Of a stretch of 64,000 bases of DNA, positions 51,749-63,755 are shown piece after piece. Source of the DNA: Octopus sinensis (Eukaryota); NCBI RefSeq assembly GCF_006345805.1, contig NC_043000.1, positions 41,602,001-41,666,000 on the forward strand. Reading direction: 5' to 3'. Every line of letters starts with the position of its first letter. The first letter of the stretch is position 1. Both the position numbers and the translations under genes were made by a program. The notes beneath the pieces were generated by a model. It did not search any database, was not told the origin of the DNA, and saw only the letters and a list, made by a program, of their open reading frames with translations.

Positions 51749-52398
51749 AGTGTGTATATAAAATTCTTTGCCTGTCCGTCTGACTGAATCCTATGCATTC
51801 TGAAACGACTCCACCAAATCAAATCTAATTTTACAAGGTAATAGTATTACACCCTGCGAGTGTCCACATGTAATTTTTATTTCCATTTGGATTGAAACAA
51901 TATAACATTTTCTCGAAAATAATCTCTCTAGAGTCAACTACAGTAAGGGACATTTTATACGACGATGACGTCACATTTTTGTATATGAGTGTGTATGTGC
52001 CTGTAAGTGTGTGTGTGTGTATGTGTTTGCACTTCCGTTTCGTACGAGATTTAAAGGATATTTTACACGACAACGACGACGACGATGATTTCACATCTCT
52101 CTTCATTCTCTCAACCATTCTGTCTAGCGTTTACCGTTGTACGATGTCTGGTACCAAAAATATCATTATAGCCACTTTCATTGTTTACGATCTCCTGTAC
52201 TGATGCATTCATGTACACCAACACATAAATAAAATGTTAGAAATGCTGAAGGCTCAAACAAAACCGTTCTACTGGTGTATTTGTGTATCAGTAAGTAACT
52301 ATGTTGTAACGAATTCTGGTACCATAATATTATTTCAGATATTTTCATTGCTTACACTCTTCTGTACCGGTGTATCTGTGTATCGGTAACTAACCATG

Positions 52399-52919
52399 GG
52401 TAAATATTTCATAAAGGACCCGTTCGTACCTCGGTGTGAAATAATTTTTGCCACAGGGTTTTTTGGGTGCATTTAAAGTATCTGACCCCCAAACCCACCG
52501 CAATCCACTTTTTTCCGGAAAAGAAAGGGGGGGAGGGTCAAAAATTATTTCACAGTGAAATATTGGCGGGTCCTTTATCGCAAATAGCTATTATGTGGTA
52601 GTAGGGCGTGCTAGAAATAGCAGCTAAATCTTTCCTTTTGTGGGGAGAAAAGAGCCCTTTATGCATGATTTCGATTTCACATCCGTTGAAAGTATGCGAA
52701 ATAATATGGTTAACAAAAATAAAAACCTGCGAAACAAAACTTCGTTGGTGGAAAAACTACGAGGTTCCCACCTCACTCCACCCCCTTTCTTTCCCGGAAA
52801 AAGTGGCTTGCGGTGGGTTTGGTGGGGGGTCAGATACGTTGAATGCACTCGGAAAAACTCGTGGTAAAAAATCATTTCACACCGAGGCGCGAACGGGTCT
52901 TTTGCAAAAAATGTTTACC
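52399..52919. mobile_element. Long-TIR MITE, superfamily unassigned
   Basis: About 145-bp imperfect TIRs (GGTAAA.ATTT..AAA.GACCCGTTCG..CCTCGGTGTGAAAT..); no TSD recognised. Confidence 0.75.
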
Positions 52920-53170
52920 TGATGATGCCTAGAAAGAAGGTGTCAAATTACACTACAAGTAAAGAGTACTGTGTTAAAGCTATGAGTTTATAACCCGAGT
53001 GAAACCGGGTCCTTCTGCCTGTATATGTGTGTTTGTTTGTTTGTTTGTGTGTGTGTGTACATATGTATACATTCATATATATATATATATATATATACAC
53101 ACGACTTTTTCGCCATGATAGATCGATAGCCACTACACACTTTTTTCTCTCTTTGTTTCTTTCTGTATTC

Positions 53171-53206
53171 CTTTCTGTGGAGGAGCGTAGGCTCGAAACA
53201 TTAAAG
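53171..53206 (+). ncRNA. Minimal hammerhead-like motif, A6U core
   Basis: CTTT-CTGTGGA-G-GAGC-GTAG-GCTC-GAAA-CA-TT-AAAG; same family as 13961 and 22885. Confidence 0.55.
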
Positions 53207-53424
53207 ACTTTTTCAATTCTCTAGCGTTATACTAATACATCTGTTTGTTGTTTACACTACCTGTCTTCGTCTAAATGTTGAATTTTGTCGATCAAATGAG
53301 AGAGATATATTCAAAGTATGTTGTTGAATCTTATTTGAAACTTGAGTTGCAAAATAAACGCTTAACTCTATTCAACCTGCGCGTTGTATGTGCAGACATC
53401 CAGCCCGCTCCTACATGCCTCATG

Positions 53425-53498
<74 letters not shown>

Positions 53499-55491
53499 TT
53501 CTGACTCCCGCTATATTTTGAGGCATGATTATTGCGCAAATAATGCACAGTAACCTTGAGTAATAAATTTAGATATATTTAGTTTACCTTCCATTTTTTG
53601 CTGTTTTTGTACTGCTTAAAGGCATGTTTCTTTCCTTACAAGCTTACTGTTGAAACCAAGTTTGTGTTCTCCCAGTCACCAGCCTTATCATTACTGGTAC
53701 TTTAAACACTTCGGTTGCATATTTGTGTGAATAAAATCGTTTTTCTTTGGAATAGAAAAAGTCTATCTTTATTTCTTCTTTTGTTGGTGTCTCAAATTTA
53801 GGTTAAATCAGTGTTTCTCAAAGGGGAGGCCTATGGGACGGTCAGACAAGTTGTTTTGAGAAAATTTGGTTTAAACGTTTGACAACTCAGCACCGTCTAT
53901 TGGACGGGGGGGGGCATTTTGCTCGTTTAATATATATTCATTTCAATGTTTTCATTTCAAGTTTTAATTCGCTATTTGCAAAACACACAGTTTATTTTAA
54001 ATACGTAATGTAAATAGAATTAGACAAAATACCTGTATAACTTTGAGGTTTATGATTTCAGTTCCGGAGTTTATTAAATGAATATTTTTGATAAAATGAA
54101 ATTTTTTTAATATACCGCTATAATTCTGTTTTTAAAAATTAAGAAGTGATTTTGCTGGTATGGCTGTTTGGAAAGTTATAAGCCTTACAATTATAACTAT
54201 GTGATCGCTGCTATTTCTAGCACGTTAAACGTAGTTGGGTTACGTTGAAGTTTGTTTGAATTAGAAATATATTACAACTACGATAAATTAATGAAAGAAA
54301 TATTAACAAGCGAGAATTTTTATAAACTGAAGTTTTCAGGAAAATTTACTTTCTGAACTTCCTTTTATCATTGAATATTTCAAGTTCACAAATTTAAATA
54401 TTCGGTACAAGAGCTTTTATTTATACAACATTTTCCTTTCATGTTTATTTCATTCATTGTTTGTAATGTTCTCTCTCCCCCTCTTTCTCACACACATACT
54501 GTCTCTATAATATAATCCCGGAGGGCCGTCTTTCTGCTAGTGTATATAATGTTGGGTGTTCGGAGAGCCTATAACAACATCAGATATATAGGAGAACGCT
54601 CTATTTTAGAAAATCTTCTTGAAATTGGCAGACTTGTTCGCTCCTGTTTTCGATGACGTGTGTAGCATATTGCAACTAAGTGTATTCCCATTTTTATTAG
54701 GCTGTGGTGATCACAGTGAGAATATATAATGTCAAGAAGGACATGGCGGACATTTTTGCTCCATAACCCTCTTAAATACACAGTTGAATATTTCAGACAA
54801 TATGCTAGCTAACAGTTTGACATTTACTTTGATAGTCTCTTCGAGCATACTCAACCGTATGCCTTTCTATGAAAGTCTAACCAGTTCGGCCGCTCTTTCA
54901 TCCAATACATTGTAGAGCAATTTGAGTAAAAACACGTCTTGGCGCAATGATTAATTAGCCTGTCCTAAATACAAATTCACCCTGTACTTTAGACACTGAA
55001 TCACAGGATTTGTTTGCTGGTAAAGGTATATTAGACTGGCAACTGAGTCTATCCTTCATGTGATAGCAGTTATTCGACAAAATTCCGCTTGTCTGTAATC
55101 CGCGGAGAACGATTTCTTAGATAATCCTGCTTCTCAGGCACATTGATATTTACTGATTTACATCGTTTTGACAGTAACCATACCATGTTCAAAGACCTTT
55201 GGAAATTATTTGTAATCGCTGACTAGAAATTCCTCCATCTCACACGTAGTATGACATCAACACAGCAACATTGGTATTTATCGCCTCCTTCTGAGTTTTT
55301 CAGAAATAGTTTCGTCCCATCTCATTCCTGACAGTGTCTGCTCTGATTGTCACATCAACCCTATTGCTATCTACACTTGACCGCACCTTCGTTTCATCAC
55401 AATGAATAACTAACATTGTTAAGCTGATGAAAATCCCAAGTGACATATGTGTTAACGTAATACGATTAATTTGTTTCTTTAAACAGATTAA

Positions 55492-55841
55492 CTCTTTAGT
55501 ATTTAAGTCGACCATATCCGGCCCAAATATCTTTCAAGCTTTATGTTCAAACCAGCCAGATCTGGCTTCTCATGCCTACCTTACATTGTCATTCTAAAAG
55601 TAAACAATCATATCATCAAAATCTCAAAGCTACAAGATAATGCATGATTAATTAAAAACTAATGTAAATGAGTAAGTGGTACATTTGAAAGGGTAATCAG
55701 TGTGCTACAGGGTAATATGTATGCTAAAGAGTTTAAGAATCACATCATGAAAATCTCGAAGCTATGAGATAATGGACGATTAATTTAGAATAACAGGAAT
55801 GAATACGCGTTACATTTGAGAGGACCCTGAAAGCTAAATAG
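55492..55841 (+). mobile_element. piggyBac-like MITE plus partial tandem copy
   Basis: TTAA|CTCTTTAGT ... GCTAAAGAGT|TTAA (55492-55732); a second 3' part ends GCTAAATAG|TTAA at 55841. Confidence 0.6.
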
Positions 55842-57296
55842 TTAAAAACTAAGCAATATTAAATCTCTTAGCATTTCGATACATTATACTATATTTTTTA
55901 TTTATTGATTATTTTCATACTGCTTTCGGCTGGAAGAAAAGTTTATAGCCATCGCTGGCTTACCGAGCTCGGTGAAATCGACGCGGCGGATGTTCTTATA
56001 GAATCGTTAGTCTGTAAGAATATTGAATAACTATGCTGACATCCATAGGAAAAACATAGATGTAGAGGAAATCCTAGGGTTCAGAATTTATGTGGAGAAA
56101 AGTTTGGGTAATATAGTTTGTGCAGTTTATTAGTGAAACTTAGACCCAATATGGATGATAAGAGGAGAATAGATGAGATAGTCGGTAGGGGTGAGGCACG
56201 GAACCAAAAATATCTGGAATCAGATACTTCTGTAGTAAAGTAGAAAAGATAGAGTGAGAAGGGAACATGCCTGTGGGTCAGAGGTTGGAGAGCTTCGATT
56301 TCATTAATACCACGTTTATGGTGTGATGCTTCATACAGGGTCACTTCTTGCGTAGTGTTCCTTTATAAATAACACTTTTCTTCCTTATACCCCTTTAAGA
56401 TTCCACACCTCACCACAGGACAATGACACTCATATGTGTTGATTACATGAATTTTATTTTTATCCTCACACTTAGATTTAAGTACAAATTCTAAGATCTT
56501 GAATTATTACTTGATAAAACTTTCATGATAGTTCCATATATCTTATGTAGTTCTGTTACACCTAAACATTTAACACATTCTCTGTTGGCCAGTTAGGTAA
56601 ATTACTTGTATGGTTATTAGATAAGAATAATTTTCATAACATTTTTCTCAATTAAAACTGTGCTTTTTAAGCTCAGCTTCAATTCCAATATTTTTATCAA
56701 ATCTAATATCTATATTAAATACTTCATTTGATCTTCGTTCAACTACTTTTAAGATATCTATGAAGAGGCAATTTCTTTTATGCTATCTGCCTTTAACAAT
56801 ATATCCATCTCTTACTATTCTTAGTAGCAATTTTGAAGGTTAAAAAATGAATTAAGGTATCTTTCAGGGCGCACTGTTGTCCCTTACAATATTGTCCCTA
56901 TCAAATGTGAAAGGGACATTATTGCGCCATGAAAGATTTAGTGATTGATTTTTTAACAGGGATTTCTTTTTCATTAGAACAGATTAATTTCGTTTTCAGT
57001 TTTCTTGTACGTTTTGTAATCATCTTCCGTATGTTCTGTTTTCATTTTATCAACTGTAAGCGATTTATTATCAAGCAATAAGGAACCGAGTTTAAGTCAT
57101 TTGCTTTTTAAATCATCGATCCATGCTGCATCAGGCTTTGTACGCTGCTTCGTAAAATTTTGAAATATTAAATTTAGATCCCAGAAATTAATTTAAGTAT
57201 TCCTTTATACCTTGCCTAGTACTTATGTTAATGTATCCAAGATATATACTCTTTCTCTCCTCTCTCATGTTTCTCTGTATCACTGCTATTTCTGTA

Positions 57297-57329
<33 letters not shown>

Positions 57330-57345
<16 letters not shown>

Positions 57346-57704
57346 GGCAGTTTGTCTGTGTGTGTTTCTGTGTGTCTGTTTGGTTGTACCCTCACCCTGA
57401 CCACGGCTTTCAACCGATTCTGATGAAACTTGACACACACATAGCCCAATGTCATAATTCAAAACCAACGCAGCGAATATTTTGAAAAGTTCCCCCAGTT
57501 CTGAAAAAAATCGATAAATTCGACATGGGGTCGAGAATCAGAAACACAAACCACAGACTGTCTAGGGGACGCAACTCGACCTTTTTTAACTCAAAAAAAA
57601 TTTACCATCGTTTTTTTCCATTTTTTTGCTATTTTTGGGCTCTCTAAAAATGCTTTATAGTTATTTCCCTTACAAACCTGAGCAACGCCGGGCGATACTG
57701 CTAG
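57330..57704 (+). mobile_element. Non-autonomous Helitron
   Basis: 3' end CCTGAGCAACGCCGGGCGATACTGCTAG|T (hairpin, CTAG, T); 5' end merged into (TA)n. Confidence 0.75.
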
Positions 57705-58095
57705 TATATATATATATATGTGTGTGTGTGTATGTGTGTGTGTGGGTGTGTGTGTGTGTGTGTGTGCGTGTGTCCGTGTACATGTAAATATCAAAGTTCA
57801 ACACTGCATTGCTGGTTGAAGATGCTTTATTTATTGGTTAAGGCTACCACTAGTTTCATGCTAAGGAGCAGAAATCCCTCTTTAATTGAAGATGAAGACG
57901 AACACCGATGCTCCATATAGCAGGCTTGATTGTTGTTACGGTATTTCTTTTAACATGCTTAACATGAAACCAATGATAAACTTAACCTACGTATATATAT
58001 ATAAACACACACATATATATATATGTATGTATATATTCATACATGCATATGTTCATATATATATATATATATATGAACATATGTATATATATATG

Positions 58096-58129
<34 letters not shown>

Positions 58130-58195
58130 ATATATATATAGTATGTATTAAAACATGTATATATTATGTGTATATATATTTACATATATATATAT

Positions 58196-58266
<71 letters not shown>

Positions 58267-58272
58267 TATAAA

Positions 58273-58925
58273 CAGCCTTGGCCAAAATTGGAGCAGGTAT
58301 GAAAAGAAGAGAGTATATGATTGAAACTCATTTACTTAATAGCTGAAAACAGTATAATAAACATTCTAGAGCTTATCCCATCAATAATGAGTATTTGATG
58401 TGTCCTCCTTTTGCTTTTATAACCAATTTTATGCGTTTTTGCACATTTGAGACTAAGCTGACGTCAATTTTCCGCCATCCTTCATGATTTTTATTTCTAA
58501 TTCACTTTTTGAAGAACATTTGTGCACCCTCACTCTTGTACCTATGTTTCACCCCAAATGTTTAATAGGGCTGAGCTCTGGAGTCTGAGTGTCACCATTT
58601 CATCACCTTCATCCCTTTCTCCTCAAGCCAACCCATTGAGACTCTGAATGTATGACATGGAGAATAGTCTTGGGATGATATCATTGAAAATTTTACCTAA
58701 GGAAGGTTGATCAACTTGCTCTAACATATTGGTGTACGTGTTGGAATTCATTCTGCCCTCACAAGTGAACAACATTCCTGGGACCGAAGACGATATGCAG
58801 CCCCAAACCATTACGCTTATTCCTCCAAATTTGACATGTTGGGACCACATGTCCAGGATGATAAGTCTGCCCAGCTCAATGGCGAACATAAACAGCTCCA
58901 GGGGCTCCAAAGATCTGAGGAGAAA
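58273..58925 (-). mobile_element. Tc1 (DD34E-type) 3' fragment
   Basis: VKFGGISVMVWGCISSSVPGMLFTCEGRMNSNTYTNMLE; terminal TIR-like CAGCCTTGGCCAAAATT. Subtype inferred from resemblance. Confidence 0.8.
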
Positions 58926-59364
58926 AAAAATTATTGATCATTTTTGATATCCTATAAAAAATATGTACAAGTGTAAGGATTATAATTATGCCTAGGAAAA
59001 GTGGTGAAAATGAATGACGAGATCCTACATCGCAGTTACTTTCATCACACCAAACAACTTTAACACAATCATCCTCAGTTCAATCTTCATGCACATTTGC
59101 CCTAGACAATCGCTTCTTCATGTTCCCTTCAGACAGTGTGTGTGGCTTGTATCTGTGTTTAGCCCTCCACCACTGCTTGACAACTGATGGTGGTGGTGTG
59201 TGTGTCCCATAACTTAGGGATTCAGCAAAAACGACCGATAGAATAAGTACTAGGCTTACAAAGAATAAGTCTTGGGGTCAAATTGTTCAACTAAAACCCT
59301 TTAAAGTGGTCCTCCAGCATGGCCACCGTCAAATGACTGAAACGTGCAAAAGAATATATATACT

Positions 59365-59530
59365 CTCATAGGTGCAGGAGTGACTGTGTGGTAAGTAGCT
59401 TGCTTACCAAACACATGGTTCCGGGTCAGTTCCAGTGCGTGATATCTTGGGCAAGTGCCACGGGCGTCGACCAAAGCCTTGTGGGTGAATTTGGTAGACG
59501 GAAACGGAAAAGAGCCTGTGCTGTGATTAC

Positions 59531-59561
<31 letters not shown>

Positions 59562-59874
59562 TTACGGAGATGTACTTGCATGGCAAGTGACCTGATCTGA
59601 GATCGTGTGCTGGAACGAAAACAATTGCAGCGTGGAAGGTGTTTATAAGGCATTTAAGAACACACAAACACCGAGGGATTCACTTCAACATTTAAATTTA
59701 TTTGTCAAAATATTTTCGTCGCTTTGAGACCGCGACCTGTTCACTGACAAAACTTGGTGCTGCAGCGAATCTAACGGTTTTGGTGTGTTTCTTAAATGCC
59801 TTATAAACACCTTCCACACTGCAATTGCTTATATAACATACATATGTATATATATATATATATTATATATATAT

Positions 59875-59917
<43 letters not shown>

Positions 59918-60170
59918 GTGTGTGTTTGTGTGTATGTGTGTGTGTGTGTGAGTATATGTTTGTGTTTGCGTTTGTCCCTCATTGCTTGACAACTGATGTT
60001 GGTGTGTTTACGTCCCCGTAACTTAGTGGTTCGGCAAAAGAGACCGATAAAATAAGTACTAGACTTACAAAGAATAAGTCCTGGGGTTGATTTGTTCGAC
60101 TGAAGGCAGTGCTCCAGCATGGCTGCAGTCAAATGACCAAAACAAATAAAAGTAAAAGAGTATATATAAA
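59365..60170 (+). mobile_element. SINE family B interrupted in its internal (TA)n by a PLE-like fold-back (59560-59830)
   Basis: Head 59365-59520 and tail 59905-60170; the insert has inverted arms 59622-59673 / 59775-59827. A separate SINE B tail lies at 59130-59350. Confidence 0.8.
59701..59751 (-). ncRNA. Minimal hammerhead-like motif with G3-C8 core
   Basis: TTTGTCA-GTGAACA-G-GTCGC-GGTCTCAAA-GCGAC-GAAA-ATAT-TT-TGACAAA: perfect 7-bp stem I, 5-bp stem II and palindromic AATATT stem III. Confidence 0.6.
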
Positions 60171-60626
60171 TAATAGTTAACATAATGTTTGTGATAATTA
60201 ACGATATTTTTGCAAATAATACTAAAATAATTTTAGTAATAATAACAATAATAATATTAATTGGGAGTATAAACCAAAACATAAGTGAATAACCTCTGAA
60301 TAAATAATGTACTCCATACAGTAGAATGTAAACAAAAGCGCTACAATTGATTGTAATATGAATGAATATTTTATAAACCACGATTCAACTGTAATACAAG
60401 TAGAGGTGATTATAAGACCAGAATTCAATTTGATTTTAAAAAAAGTAACGCTATAACCTTCAACTGAATACCAACACAGGAAGCTTGTTTGGATTATTTC
60501 ACTTTGAAGACGTCAAAAGTGATGGACACTTGATGAAAATGCAGCGACTAGAATGCATATGTTGTAGAAAACCTTTTTAATAAAATGTTTTAGGTGTGAA
60601 TAAATCTTCACTCTCCTCTCCGTTTC

Positions 60627-60685
<59 letters not shown>

Positions 60686-60857
60686 TATATTATATATATA
60701 CACTATATACATATAATATATAATAATAATATATATATATATATATATATTATATATTTATATATATATATATATTATATATATATGTATATAAAACATA
60801 TATACATACATATATATTATCTACATATATATATACATATACATATACATATTACAA

Positions 60858-62235
60858 CCATATTGCAACAAGCACTGGCTGTCAGTGGCTTCTCCCAACA
60901 AATAAAATACATACCTAATGCTAGGCTCAAACAACATATATCTCAAATCACATCGCAAAGACACACCAACCATCAGAATCACAACGGACCACATAAACAC
61001 TTTGATAGAACCCCAGAAGAACTCGCATTAAGACAGCCTACACCCCACACGCACACATATAACACTAGGTCAAAAACTAAAACAGCTAACAACAATGGGC
61101 CATGCTAACCACCTCCATTTTCCAAAAATATAGATAGCACTACCCCTAAGCATCCAAAAATAGTGTGGTGGACGCTCTATTCTATGGTATACACTCCACC
61201 TTCTCACCTAATGTTAAGAACTTAGCTAAATCCTTCTTTAATATACTGGACTCTCTCGTCAACATAAATATTGCTCTATCTTTAATAGATCCACCCTGAA
61301 ACTATTCTATTCCATCCCACCCAACTCCAAATATATCATAGCAGCCTCTAATAAACGAAAGCTTTCTATCTACTATCAAAACTCACACTATAACAACTCT
61401 AAATACACGAGCGCCCAACATGTACACAGCTCCAGCATTGATCCCCATACGTTAGACCACAACGATAATCCATCCCATCCTACAAACACTACCCAGAATA
61501 CTACCACAAGTTCCACCACCCCTACAGATAGAATAATTAACAATAACGATAGCAATAATAACAATAATAGTAATAATATTAATAATACTAATAACTTCGA
61601 CCTTTCTACCCCCATCTCTAACCTCTCCTCTGACAGTATTACCTCCTCCATTCTTGAATATAATCCCCAAAATACATCCACTTTTTCTTTCTTCCTCTCA
61701 TTTTCTCTTTCTGTTTTAAATTTGCCCTATCTCCTCTTTCTAATCATATACATCTCTCCCCTCCATCTATCCACAAATACTACCAATACATTCTCAAATT
61801 TTCATTCACACTACAAAACCCTTTCGAACGAGTAACACTGACTCCACGGCTCGATACTTTGAAATGACTAAACATGAACTTCTATTGAAACTTACGTATC
61901 ATGTACAGAACACTTTTTTACCACTTCTATACACCATTTTCCTCGAATAATGGAACTGCAACTACAATATCTTTATATATCTTATTTCTACCTTAATTCT
62001 CTTATTTCCCTCTGTATTCCCCATCTCCTCCTTTTCGACAATAATTCGCAGGTGCACACACATTTACAGTGACACGCATGCTCCCATACAGGTACTTATG
62101 TATTTTCTCACACCGTTTCTGATGAAGATGTCCGTAATATCCCAGAAACAGCTGTAAGACTATTTCATTATAAATGTCCTGAAAACTCCTCACAGCCTTG
62201 GATTGTTATCTCAATCTGTCTAAGATATAAATATA
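60858..62235 (+). mobile_element. Decayed Penelope-like element, 3' part
   Basis: Frameshifted ALAVSGFSQQIKYIP, ILWYT..PP..SPNVKNLAKSFF and HKYCSIFNRSTLKLFYSIPPNSKYIIAASNKR resemble the PLE post-RT segment (IWFNPP..IFNRNT.K.SYS); ends in a hammerhead-bearing terminal repeat. Confidence 0.7.
62115..62160 (+). ncRNA. Minimal hammerhead-like motif at the PLE 3' end
   Basis: GTTT-CTGATGA-A-GATG-TCCGTAA-TATC-CCA-GAAA-CAGCTG-TA-AGAC; stem III ACAGCTGT is palindromic. Confidence 0.7.
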
Positions 62236-62237
62236 AG

Positions 62238-62308
<71 letters not shown>

Positions 62309-62309
62309 T

Positions 62310-63290
62310 ATAATATAGGGAGTAAATCCAAACTTACAGGGAAAAAATTAGATTTAGGATTAATCTAATTTTATAGTATAAATATATATATTATATTAAA
62401 TAGAAATAAAAAACCACTATTAGGCAAATCAAACAGTGAAAATCATAAGCCAATACATAGAAATAAAATTAATTAATAAAATATATAAAAAATATAAAAT
62501 ATAAAATTCCAAATTAATATTATTAATAAGTTTCAAAATATATTCTTTTCTAGAAGGTATTGGAATATCCTTCAAAGATGAATTCCAAAATAGCGGTTCT
62601 ATCTTACCTGTAAATTTCATAATTTACGAAATTGAGATATTACACTCAATATACGTAATTTATCAATATATTAATTAATAATAATAATATTAGGGAGTAA
62701 ATCCAAACTTACAGGGGAAAATTAGATTTAGGATTAAATCTAATTTTATAGTATAAATATATATATTATATTAAACTAGCAGTATCGCCCGGCGTTGCTC
62801 GGGTTTGTAAGGGAAATAACTATATAAGCATTTTTAGAGAGTTATAGCCAAAACATAGCAAAAAAATGCATTAAAAATGGGAAAAAAATGATGGTAGATT
62901 TTTTTAAAATCGTTGACTCATCGTAGACATTTTTAGAGTGTTACTTCCCTTATATAATAGCGACAAAATGCATTAAAATGGAAAAAAATGATGGTAATTT
63001 TTTTTTTAAATCGTAGACCCATCGTAGACACGCGCTAATACCCAGAAGGGCTCGATATGAATCACGACTATAAGATACCCGGTTTTTCTTAAACTGCACC
63101 GCAAAATGTGGGAGTAGTTAGGAATCTAAATCGTAGGAGACAGACACACAACTTCACTTTTACATATAAAGATTAGAGATAAAACCACTATTAGGCAAAT
63201 CAAACAGTGAAAATCATAAAATATTTTGAAACTTATTAATAATATTAATTTGGAATTTTATATTTTATATTTTTTATATATTTTATTAAA
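62310..63290 (-). mobile_element. Tandem and inverted PLE pLTR complex including the ORF N-terminus
   Basis: GGGAGTAAATCCAAACTTACAGGG at 62317 and 62693; minus-strand SLKDIPIPSRKEYILKLIN resembles the PLE N-terminal KNIPIPS motif; 62468-62540 is inverted at 63220-63288. Confidence 0.65.
62776..63172 (-). mobile_element. Non-autonomous Helitron inserted at an A|T site with no TSD
   Basis: 5' TC, subterminal CCCG..CGGG hairpin and 3' CTAG. Removing it restores ATTATATTAAATTAGAGATAAAACC, identical to the empty paralog at about 7906-7930. Confidence 0.88.
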
Positions 63291-63550
63291 GTGTATATTT
63301 AAACACATAAGGAATCCACTTATGGGGAATTCAACACGCTAGAAAGAACAGCTAGGTTCTGTAAACCACAAAAATAACGGATAAAATTCGACAGGAATAA
63401 ATTTGGAAATGAAATGGTAAATGTTTTTCATTTCCAAATTTATTCCTGTCGAATTTTATCCGTTATTTTTGTGGTTTACAGAACCTAGGTGTTTTTTCTA
63501 GCGTGTTGAATTCCCTATAAATGGATTCCTTATGTGTTTAAATATACACT
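63290..63550. repeat. Long near-perfect inverted repeat (125-bp arms, 11-nt loop)
   Basis: 63290-63414 is the reverse complement of 63426-63550 with a few mismatches; PLE origin is inferred only. Confidence 0.9.
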
Positions 63551-63699
63551 ATATCGTATGACTAATATATAGTCTTCTTGACTAATTTTTTTTTGCACGT
63601 TAGACCACTGGAAATGTAAATTTTGATTGAATGTTTTAATTTTCATTAAATTTCATTTCCCTTTGACATGATTGAATACTATATATATATATATATATA

Positions 63700-63755
<56 letters not shown>

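Noticed and set aside
53809-54420. hAT-like element starting CAGTGTTTCTCAAA
   Set aside because: No matching right TIR or TSD was found, so the extent cannot be supported.
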